This document shows, piece by piece, positions 21,280 to 29,906 of a DNA stretch of 32,000 nucleotides. The notes under the pieces are model-generated. The model saw only the letters and a program-made list of their open reading frames with translations, had not been told where the DNA came from and searched no databases. Made by a program: the position numbers and the translations under genes. Location of the stretch: NCBI GenBank assembly GCA_965227835.1, contig OZ245768.1:750001-782000 (forward strand), written 5' to 3'. Every line of letters starts with the position of its first letter. The stretch's first letter is position 1. Source of the stretch: Candidatus Saccharimonadota bacterium. Its GTDB lineage: Bacteria > Patescibacteriota > Gracilibacteria > BD1-5 > UBA6164.

Positions 21280-21455
21280 GGGTATTATATTAAAAATATA
21301 TTATGAGTCAAATAAAAAATAGTCAATTAATCTTGGTTGCCTATTTAAAAGGAAAAATAAGACCTTTTTAATAGCTAAAATTATAATGAAAAATACTTCT
21401 TTATCCAATTTATTGATGAAAAATGTATAAAGTTTTTGTACAAAAAACATAAAAA
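21258..21455. repeat. 198-bp direct repeat, copy 2
   Basis: Identical to 20606-20803. Confidence 0.9.
21284..21311 (-). promoter_or_regulatory. Sigma70-type promoter of ncRNA B
   Basis: An identical copy of TTGACT-16 nt-TATAAT, offset by 652 bp from the promoter of A. Confidence 0.6.
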
Positions 21456-21579
21456 AACCTGTTTATAAAAAATTTGATTTTTACTTCATCATATATAATA
21501 TCTTGAAGGGTTGATTTTAGTTACTTGAAAAAGAACTAAGAAAATTATAATATAAAATTTAAAAAGTTAATATAAAAAT

Positions 21580-21813
21580 ATGGCAATCTTAACAGATGAA
21601 CAAAGAGAAAAATTAAGAAAAGCTTGAATAAAAGCTCCTCATGTAAATGAAACTTGCATAGGTTGCTCTGCTTGTGTAGCTATTGCTGGAGAAGCTTTTG
21701 ATCTTAATGATGAAGGAAAATCAGAAGTAATAGAATGTAATAGTTATAATGAAGAAGATATAGACAATGCTATTGCCGCATGTCCTGTTGATGCTATATC
21801 ATGGAAAGAATAA
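21580..21813 (+). CDS. Small [4Fe-4S] ferredoxin
   Basis: 77 aa with CIGCSACV … CPVDAI cluster motifs. One TGA-Gly codon. TAA stop. Confidence 0.85.
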
Positions 21814-21899
21814 ATCAAAGAAAGATAAAAACAACTATATTTTTGTGTATAAAAGTTTAGTATGATATAATTTACACAAATTAAAGCTAAATATAAAAT

Positions 21900-22424
21900 A
21901 TGCAATATATTATAATATCTATAATAGTAGTTTTTATAATCTTCATATGGAGACTTTTTGTCATAAGAAAAGGTATAAATAAATTGGAATTAAATATAAG
22001 AAGGACATTTAATTCCAGAACAAATATGATACCTGCTATATTTGAAAGTACAAAAAATATATTTTCCAAGCATGAAGAAATATTTGAAGAGGTATTGAGA
22101 CAAAGAAAAAAAGAACTTTATAAATTTTATATACAAAAAAATATAGATAACCTAGATAATGATTTTGTGGAACTATTACATATAGAAAAACTTATACACC
22201 ATGAGCTAAATTTTATATTCAAAGTTTCAGAAAGACATCAAAAACTCAGTAAAAAATGAAACTTTATATATTTAAAAAACCTAATAGTAGAGAAAAGTTA
22301 TGATATAGCAGGTTTAATGGAGGAATATAAAAGTAAAATAGGTTTATACAATAAATTAATAGATATAAAAAATGCAACTATAATATGAATGATTATCCCT
22401 TTGGATAGAAAAATAGTAATATAA
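21900..22424 (+). CDS. LemA-like membrane-anchored protein
   Basis: Supplied ORF 21900-22259 continues through a TGA to TAA at 22422-22424 (174 aa). It has an N-terminal TM helix followed by …NSRTNMIPAIFESTK…, a LemA-like pattern. The family call is tentative. Confidence 0.55.
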
Positions 22425-22450
22425 GAGCTTCCTATATAGGAAGCTCTTTT
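22424..22450 (+). terminator. Intrinsic terminator after the LemA-like gene
   Basis: AGAGCTTCCT-ATAT-AGGAAGCTCT followed by TTT. Confidence 0.65.
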
Positions 22451-22454
22451 GAAT

Positions 22455-22600
22455 TTTATTTCTTGTCAACAGAAGGCTTTAGCCTTTTGGCTTTTAGTAG
22501 ACAGAGTTTAGTTCTTTGGTTTTTACTTTTCGTCAACAGAAGGCTTTAGCCTTTTGAATTTTATTTCTCGTAAACAGAGAGCTAAAGCTCTTTTATCTTG
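22455..22600. repeat. Tandem array of four roughly 38-nt REP-like hairpin units (GGCTTTAGCC family)
   Basis: Units are centred on CAACAGAAGGCTTTAGCCTTTTG (22467-22490 and 22534-22557), a degenerate GACAGAGTTTAGTTCTTTGG (22500-22519), and AAACAGAGAGCTAAAGCTCTTTT (22572-22595). No unique spacers separate them. Confidence 0.75.
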
Positions 22601-22727
22601 TAAGAAATTTCTCTTTTTAAAAAAGCTCCCAGTTCTACACAAAGGATGCTTTTAGTTTTGATTGATATTAAAAATAGGTTGAAAAATTACTTTCTAATGC
22701 TAAAAATAAAGATTTTTTAGGTAATTT

Positions 22728-23687
22728 TTATGAATTTCTCTCTCTTTTAAAAACAAAAAGTAGTGATCATACTATAAAAGCTAAAACAAAAAATAGAAAA
22801 GTTTCAGTCGGTCAAGTATTTGGAAGACTTTCTTTCTTTTTAGCTACAGTTTCAACTATAACCTTATCTTCTTTTATTTCATCACCACTATTTAATATTT
22901 GCTCATTCATATCATTATTTGAAACCTCTATTTCCTCTTTAGGAGAAACCTCATTTTCTAAATCTTCTAATTCATTATTTTCATCAGAAATTCATGCTGC
23001 TTGTAAGTCTTCATTTTCTATTTCCTTAAAGACTTCTGGAACTTCAAACTCTATAACACCATCAACTCAAGCTTTTATTTTTTCTCAGTTTTCTCACTCT
23101 AGAGTTACAACTGTAGCAGAATATTTGGATTTCTTTTTCAAATCACCATTTAGAGTTAGTTCAAGGTTATTAGAGTTAGTTTCATATTTATTTACTTCAA
23201 TATCTTCTAAACTATCCTCCAAACTAACAACATTTACAGAAACTCAAGTTACATCTTTTTTTAAATTTAAATTGAAGGAAAGTTTTAAAAGATTAGCCGA
23301 AATCATTTCAGCAGAATCTATTTTGAGATCTTGAAGTTGTCATAAGGTAGAAAAAGAAACTTCTTTAGAATATTCAGATTCATTACCCAAAGAATCATAA
23401 GACTTAACTGCTATAAAATATTCAGTTCAAACTTCTAAATTTTCAATTACAGCTTTAGCATCTTCATTTACTACTATTTCAAGCTCATTTTCATAAGTTC
23501 AGCCTTCAGCAGAAGTCTTACCATAAGATACAGCATAAATTTCTGCTCAAACAGAAGGGGCCCAAGAAATTTCTAATCTGTCTTCATAAGCTTTATCTAA
23601 AACAATATTGGAAGGAGCAAGAAGAGCAAAAGCATAACTAAAAGATAAAATCAATAAAAAGAAGAAAAGTATTTTTAGTAATTTCAT
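22728..23687 (-). CDS. Surface protein with signal peptide, fibronectin type III-like domain, and a C-terminal LPXTG sortase sorting signal
   Basis: 319 aa. The FN3-like region reads …LEISWAPSVGAEIYAVSYG…. The C-terminus is LPNTG (Gly is TGA; codons at 22812-22826), followed by a hydrophobic helix and KRERNS. Confidence 0.8.
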
Positions 23688-23793
23688 AAGGGAATATTTA
23701 GTGAAATAAAATTTGTGGAGTATAACAAATAATATATAATTTGTAATTGATTCCTATATTAACAAAAAAATATTTTTTTACAAAAAATTATTT

Positions 23794-24351
23794 ATGACAA
23801 AAGTTTACTTAAACAAATTAAAGGCTATAAAAAACAAAAGGAAGTGAGCTTTTACCTTACTAGAAATAATGGTTGTTATAGCATTGATGTGAATACTAGC
23901 CATATGAGTAACAAATCTAAATTTCAATTCTATATGAGATAAACAAAGGCTAGACTGATTTTTTTATGAAATAAAAACAAATATAGAAACTATTAAAAAT
24001 AATGCTTTAATATGAAGAGAGATTAAAGATGGAAGCAATGTAATAATATGAAACAAGTGGCAAATAGATTTTAGCAATTCAGGCAGTGGGATAATAAAAA
24101 CATATTATTATAATTGAAGTACGAAAAAAAACTATCCATTATACGATACTATACCCGAGGCAAACTACGAAATTTCTTTTAAAAATAGTGGTACTGGTTT
24201 AACTTCTACTTGAAGTATAATAATAGAATGAAAAGATTTAATATTAGATAAGCCAGATTCAAACGATAAAAAGATAGAAGTGGAAATAAAATACAAAGCC
24301 AGCAAAAAAACATTTAACATAAATGGTATCTCATGAGTTATAGAAGAATAA
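23794..24351 (+). CDS. Type IV pilin-like / pseudopilin protein
   Basis: Prepilin signal …KRKG|AFTLLEIMVVIALMGILA with the G-1 encoded by TGA at 23845-23847. 185 aa. TAA stop. Confidence 0.8.
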
Positions 24352-24423
24352 GAGAATATTAGTTATTTTATTTTAAAAAGACTGTTTTATTACTTTGTTA
24401 TTTAATAACCTAATATTAAATGT

Positions 24424-24447
24424 AACAGAAGGCTAAAGCCATCTGTT
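24424..24447. repeat. REP-like hairpin repeat
   Basis: AACAGAAGGC-TAAA-GCCATCTGTT (10-bp stem with one mismatch). Confidence 0.65.
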
Positions 24448-24531
24448 GAATATTAAGTTTGATCATAAATTATAATGTAATAATTTGAAGAATATGCTTA
24501 ACTCTACTTGCTAATATCTTTAGTTATCTTT

Positions 24532-24553
24532 AACAGAGGGCTTTAGCCTTTTG
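24532..24553. repeat. REP-like hairpin repeat
   Basis: AACAGAGGGCTTTAGCCTTTTG. Confidence 0.65.
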
Positions 24554-24678
24554 AACTTTAACAAAATTCTTTGACTCTTTATTATTATATAATACTAGAA
24601 TAAGAAATAAGAAGACTTTATTCCTTTAATTTTGTAAAATATCAATAAAAAACTTAAATTTTTAGTAAAAATCAAAAA

Positions 24679-26187
24679 ATGAGAAACAAAATATATATAT
24701 TAATACTTATAATTATCACAGTAACCTTATCATCTATAATATTTAAAAAAATTTATGACTCAAAAAAAGGAGAGTTAATAGACATTAATCAAATTGTAGA
24801 AATAGAAAAAGAGGTTGAAATAAAAAAAGAAGAAAAAAAAGAAAATTGAAAATCAATAGATGATTTTAAAAAAGAAATAATATCAAAATGACTTGTAATA
24901 AGAGGTGATATACATTTGAAAAATGATGATTATATATTTGCTTTACAAAAATTCACAAAAGCAAACAAAAAAACTCCAAACAATCCAAAAATTCTTGGTA
25001 AAATAGCTGAAACTTATTTTTTAATGAAAAATTTCAAGCTAGCACATAGATACTATTCAAAAATAACTGATAATAATGATTATAAGGAAAAAATAGCCTT
25101 AAGTTTTTTATACAAACAGGAAATAGAATCAATAGATTTTGAAAAAACTTCAAGTTGAACATCAAATTCTTGAAGTTTAGCTAAAATAGCAGAATTAAAA
25201 CAAGCTATAAAAGATATATGATTAGAAAAAGATGAAGAATTTTATTATCTAAATTCTTTGGAGTGTTTAGATAGCTTTTATAATTGTAAAATTAATTTTG
25301 ATGATTATTTCAAAAATAAAGATTATTCTGCAGAAAATCAAAATCTTGAAAATATAAGAGAAGCTATAAATAACTATAATAACTTAAAACTTGATGAACC
25401 TTATTATAAAGATACTTATATAATAGGTGCTTTTTTTGAAAACCAAAACTACCCCATAGCTATAGTTTTAGCAAAAAAAATGCTTGAAGAAAAAAAGAGC
25501 TACAAAGTAGTTTTAAAAATAATTGCTCAAAGTTATTTTGAACTAAACAGACTTGGAGAATCAAATAAATATCTTTTAGAATATGCTAGAATTGATAGTA
25601 AAAGCCCTGATGTTTATTATATGATAGGTGTAATATCACAGAAAAACAATGATTATATAAAAAGCAATATATTTCTAAACCTAGCCTTGGAACAGAATTA
25701 TAAAAATGTAGAAAATATATATAGACTTCAGTTATATAATTATCTAATACTTGAACAAAAAGGAAAAATAATTGATACTTTTGATAAACTTATAGCCTTG
25801 AAAGAAAAACCTGATTTTAATGATTTAATACTTGCCACTTATTATAATGTAGTAAATTGAAATATAGAAAAAGCAATACTTTTAACTGATAAATGACTAG
25901 AGCTATATCCAGAAAAAGAGGATTTTTATTGATTTAAAGCATGGTTACAGATAGAAAAAGGAAGACTGGATGAAGCTGAAATATTGCTTGAAAAAGCAAA
26001 AGAGATAAACTCCACAAATGCTCTTGTTATGTTGAACTTATGAAGGATATCCAAAATAAAATATGAAAAAGACAGAAAATCTTTTGATAAGATAAGAGCT
26101 TCTATTCTCTTTAAAAGGACAGTAGAACTAGATTCAGCTGAAATATGAGAGTTGGCAAAGAAGTATTTAAAGGAAATAGAAGATTAA
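24679..26187 (+). CDS. Membrane-anchored tetratricopeptide (TPR) repeat protein
   Basis: 502 aa under table 25, joining supplied ORFs 24916-25158 and 25258-25860. It has an N-terminal TM helix and repeated …A...Y.KA…P.N… TPR-like helical pairs. Confidence 0.75.
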
Positions 26188-26750
26188 ACCCTTTTAAAAC
26201 TTTCAATTTCGGCTTCTCATTTCAATATAGATATAAGATCTGGAACGGTTTTTATTATTCCCTTCCCTAAATCATATAAAAGCTCTGTAATAACAATAGT
26301 GGTATTCAAAATACCTAAACTCATACCCATAATATGTTCAGATACATTACTTGGATTTTTTGCTTTATTAAGTATTTTTTCTGGAAGTATTTTTTTTATT
26401 ATTTCACTATCATTTCATGTAGCAGAAATTTGTGTAGCTTCTAAAATCTCTTTTAGCTCGTTTATTTCATTTTTACTAGCTTCTTCTATTAACTTTCTAG
26501 CTCCTTCCAAAACTAAAATAAGCCTGTTTAGGCTATCTTCATCTAATCAATTATCAATAGCTTCTTTATTTTCAGACTCATCCAAAGATATCTCACTTTT
26601 AAGCTCTTCTAAAGATAAATGAGTTTTGTATATAAGTCTTTTAGCAAGCTTTTCAGACAAAGAAAAATCCTTTGAAATCTCTAAACTTAGTTTTTCAAGT
26701 AGTTCTTTTTCTTTTAGCATTCAAGAGTTAATTTCTAATTTTTCTTTCAT
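26184..26750 (-). CDS. Hypothetical protein (188 aa), helical N-part and hydrophobic C-part
   Basis: Continuous minus-strand frame under table 25 (MKEKLEINSGMLKEKELLEKL…). Its TAA stop overlaps the TPR gene's stop within TTAA at 26184-26187. Supplied ORF 26299-26622 is antisense to it. Confidence 0.6.
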
Positions 26751-26793
26751 AATTTTTTATAAGGTATAATTTAAGGAGAGAGTTAAGGTGAAG

Positions 26794-26890
26794 TCTGTTC
26801 TACTCTCTTCTCCTCCAAAGGAGAGAGGTTGGGGGGTGAGGGCTGTACGGAGAGGATTAGGGTGAGGTTTTTCTTGGGTTAGGGTGAGGA
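26794..26890. repeat. GC-rich palindromic element copy 1 with a G-tract tail
   Basis: TCTGTTCTACTCTCTTCTCCTCCAAAGGAGAGAGGTTGGGGGGTGAGGG followed by …GGGTGAGG…GGGTTAGGGTGAGG. Confidence 0.8.
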
Positions 26891-26911
26891 CTAATCAAAA
26901 ATTATCAATGG

Positions 26912-26935
26912 GCAAATGGCTAAAGCCATCTGTTG
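26912..26935. repeat. REP-like hairpin repeat
   Basis: GCAAATGGCTAAAGCCATCTGTTG, lying between the two GC-rich elements. Confidence 0.6.
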
Positions 26936-27014
26936 AAGGTATATACTAAATTTAGGGTAAATTGTAATAAAATCTATTTTACTCCCTTATAATAGTAATT
27001 TCTATTCTATTCCT

Positions 27015-27085
27015 TCTGTTCTACTCCCCTCTCCTCCAAAGGAGAGGGGCTGGGGGTGAGGTCCGATTGGGTTGGGGATAAGGTC
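27015..27085. repeat. GC-rich palindromic element copy 2 with a G-tract tail
   Basis: TCTGTTCTACTCCCCTCTCCTCCAAAGGAGAGGGGCTGGGGGTGAGGTC followed by CGATTGGGTTGGGGATAAGG. The hairpin is CCCCTCTCC-TCCAAA-GGAGAGGGG. Confidence 0.8.
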
Positions 27086-27117
27086 TATTCATTTCTTAAA
27101 AAATTTTTCATCAAATT

Positions 27118-28521
27118 CTAATCTTCCAAGCTTCCTTTAACTTCACTAAGAAAATTCAAAGCCTCCAAAGGAGTAAGACTATTTATATCTGTTTTTTTCA
27201 ATTTTTCTTCTACTTGTGATACTTTTTTTACTTCTAAATTATCATCTTTTAGGCCTCTATTTTCATTTTTAGGGTTTAAAAACAAATCCATGGAAAGTTG
27301 GGAGTTGGAGAAACTATTTTTTTCCAAAATTTTAAGCATTTTTTTAGCTTCATCTATTATTGATGAGTTAATTCAAGCTAGTTTAGCAACTTCAAGACCA
27401 AAAGATTTCTTTATTCCTCATGGTATTATTTTCCTCAAAAATACCAATTCTCAATTGTTTTCTCAAACAGATACAGAGAAATTTTTAACTCCGTGAAGAC
27501 TTTTTGATTCATCTATAAGTTCATGATAATGAGTAGCAAAAAGAGTTTTAGCTTTTATTTTATCATGATTTTCTTTTAATATACCCCAAGCTAGACTCAT
27601 TCCATCAAATGTGGAAGTACCTCTACCTACTTCATCTATTATCACAAAAGAATTAGAGCTTGAATTGTTTATTATATTAGCTACCTCCTGCATTTCAAGC
27701 ATAAATGTGGATTGACCAAAATATAGATTATCACTAGCTCAAATCCTAGAAAAGATTCTGTCTGTTATAGGTATAGTTCAGCTAGAAGCAGGAATGTAAC
27801 TACCTAAATGTGCCATAAGTATGATAAGAGCATTTTGTCTTAAAAAGGTAGATTTTCATCACATATTTGGTCAAGTGATTATATTGACGAAATTATCTTT
27901 TGTTAATTCTAGATCGTTTGATACAAAATCCTTTTCCGTTTGTTCAACTACAGGATGTCTAGCATTTTTTATATCTAGTTTGTAGTCTTTGGTAATTTTT
28001 GGTTTATTGTAGTCAGAAAAATATGCTAGGTTTGAAAGAGAAACTTCAAAATCTATAAAAGATGTTTTTTTTGATAGATTTTTTATTTCGCTATAACCTT
28101 CAAGGATTTCAGCTCTAATTTCTTGAAATAGTTCGTATTCTCTGGAGTTAAGATATGATGAAGCTTCTAAAAATTTCTTTTCAAAGTTTATTAGATCTTG
28201 GGTAACATATCTGGAAGCATTAACAAGTGTTTGTTTTTGTATAAAGTCTTCAGGTGCTTTTGAAACAAAAGATTTTGGGATTTCAATAAAATACCCAGAA
28301 ATATTTGTGTATTTTATTTTTAGGTTTTTTATACCTGTTTTTTCAATAAGTGTATTTTGATAGTTTGCCAGCCAGTTTTTAGAATTATCTAAAATATCTC
28401 TGTATTCATCTACTCTGCTATCAAATCAGTCTTTTATAATATTTCATCAAGTCAAAAGTAAATCTGGTTCATCTTTTATAGATTTCTCTATTAAATCAAT
28501 TATGTCTTGTATTTTTTGCAA
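27118..28521 (-). CDS. mutS: DNA mismatch repair protein MutS, C-terminal part only (clamp/lever, ATPase and C-terminal dimerisation regions); the N-terminal mismatch-binding and connector domains are absent
   Basis: 467 aa from a TTG start, with TAA three codons upstream. Motifs: RHPVVE, the ITGPNMGGKSTF Walker A (three TGA-Gly codons, plus-strand 27848-27880), [21 protein letters not shown], and C-terminal …[10 protein letters not shown]…. It joins supplied ORFs 27118-27339 and 27463-27702. Confidence 0.85.
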
Positions 28522-28693
28522 GGGTTTGGGGTTTTGTTATGTATAAATAAATATTATTAAATTTTATTTTAAAAAAACATATTATTAAGCTCATAAATTT
28601 AATAATATGTTTTTGAGTCACTTATTCAAATATATTTTACTATATATTGTGCTTTTAATTTAATAAAATATATTGAAAACTATATATTCATAC

Positions 28694-29338
28694 TTAATTA
28701 TCATCATCAGTATCATCACCAGCAGCATCAGCAGCAGCATCAGCAGCATCAGCAGCAGCAGCAGCAGCAACTGATGAGTTTTTAATAACTATCTTTTTAG
28801 TATTGACATCAGTACTAACCAAATCCTGTCCTGTTGATATATCATCACCTTGAGCTACTTCAGTATCTCTACCATTAGTATCAACTCATAGTTCATATCT
28901 ATTATCATCAGTTCAATTATCTACACTTCCATTTGCTTTATTAGAAATATTTCATGAATTTTCAAAAGCAGTAGAAATTTCATAAGATCATTGTTCTATT
29001 CAATTATCATCATCTCATACATCATATACATAACCACATCTAGAACCGTTACATGTTTGGTCATGTTTTGGATCTTCTGCTAAATTAGGCATATAAATCT
29101 TTACAGAAGTTAAATCACCTATCCAGTCAACTCATCATTGAGGATAGACTGATTCATCTTGATAAAATTGCTCTATAGAACCTTGAAGTGCTTTTATATC
29201 ATTTATCCTAGTAGAATCTCTAGCCTTTTGTATTTGACTTGTGTATACAGAAGTAGCACCAGTAGCTAATATTCAAATAATTGTTATAACTACAAGCAAC
29301 TCTATAAGAGTAAAAGCTTTTTTTATTGTTTTTTTCAT
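28694..29338 (-). CDS. Type IV pilin (PilA-like) with an Ala/Asp-rich low-complexity C-terminus
   Basis: MKKTIKKAFTLIELLVVITIIGILA prepilin N-terminus. 214 aa. The C-terminal …SSVAAAAAADAADAAADAAGDDTDDDN is encoded by a GCT/GAT triplet tract at 28701-28772. Confidence 0.85.
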
Positions 29339-29496
29339 AATAAAAAAGGTTAAAATATTTAATTTATGTATATTACACAAAATTATTATATCTTTCTTGT
29401 TTTGTTTTGTCAAAAAAACAAAACAAAAATTTATTGATTAAAGTGTTATCTGTATTATAATTTATTAATTAATTTAGCTTATTAAATAAAAAATTT

Positions 29497-29889
29497 ATGT
29501 ATTACTTTTTGTTTTTCTTTTTAGTTTTAATGGTATTTTCGATATTTTTAATTTTAAAGTTTTCCAGAAAAAAAAGGCTAAAAAAAGAAAGTAAGTTAAA
29601 ACTAGAAAGTCATTTTTATGAAATAAAAAAACTTAGTTCAAGTAAAGAAAGAATTACAGATTTTGATAAACTTTATCATAAAATACTTAGAGAGCTTAGA
29701 TATAGTTGAACTTTTTGAGAAATACTTAAAAGTAAACCAAAAATAATTGATGATATAGAGGAATTATGGGAATTGCATAAACTTAGAAATAAGTTGGTGC
29801 ATGATTTTTCTTCTATTTCAGAGAAAACTTTGGAAGAAAAAGCTTTGAGGTATGAAAAATTGGTATATGATTTTTTGGATAAGCTTTAG
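29497..29889 (+). CDS. Hypothetical small membrane-anchored protein (130 aa)
   Basis: Supplied ORF 29497-29709 continues through a TGA to TAG at 29887-29889. It has an N-terminal TM helix followed by a helical domain. Confidence 0.6.
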
Positions 29890-29906
29890 TATTTATATTT
29901 TATAGA

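Noticed and set aside
22455-22600. A tandem repeat array that superficially resembles a CRISPR array.
   Set aside because: The units abut directly with no unique spacers, the unit sequences are degenerate, there are no cas genes in the window, and single copies of the same hairpin are dispersed elsewhere. It is classed as REP-like instead.
23125-23334. Supplied plus-strand 69-aa ORF.
   Set aside because: It is antisense to the FN3/LPXTG surface protein gene (22728-23687).
26184-26187. Convergent genes whose stop codons overlap in TTAA with no terminator between them.
   Set aside because: This is a common compact-genome arrangement and is not evidence of anything unusual.
26299-26622. Supplied plus-strand 107-aa ORF.
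   Set aside because: It is antisense to the table-25 ORF 26184-26750, has a Ser/Phe/Ile-rich low-complexity composition, and starts at a non-ATG codon.
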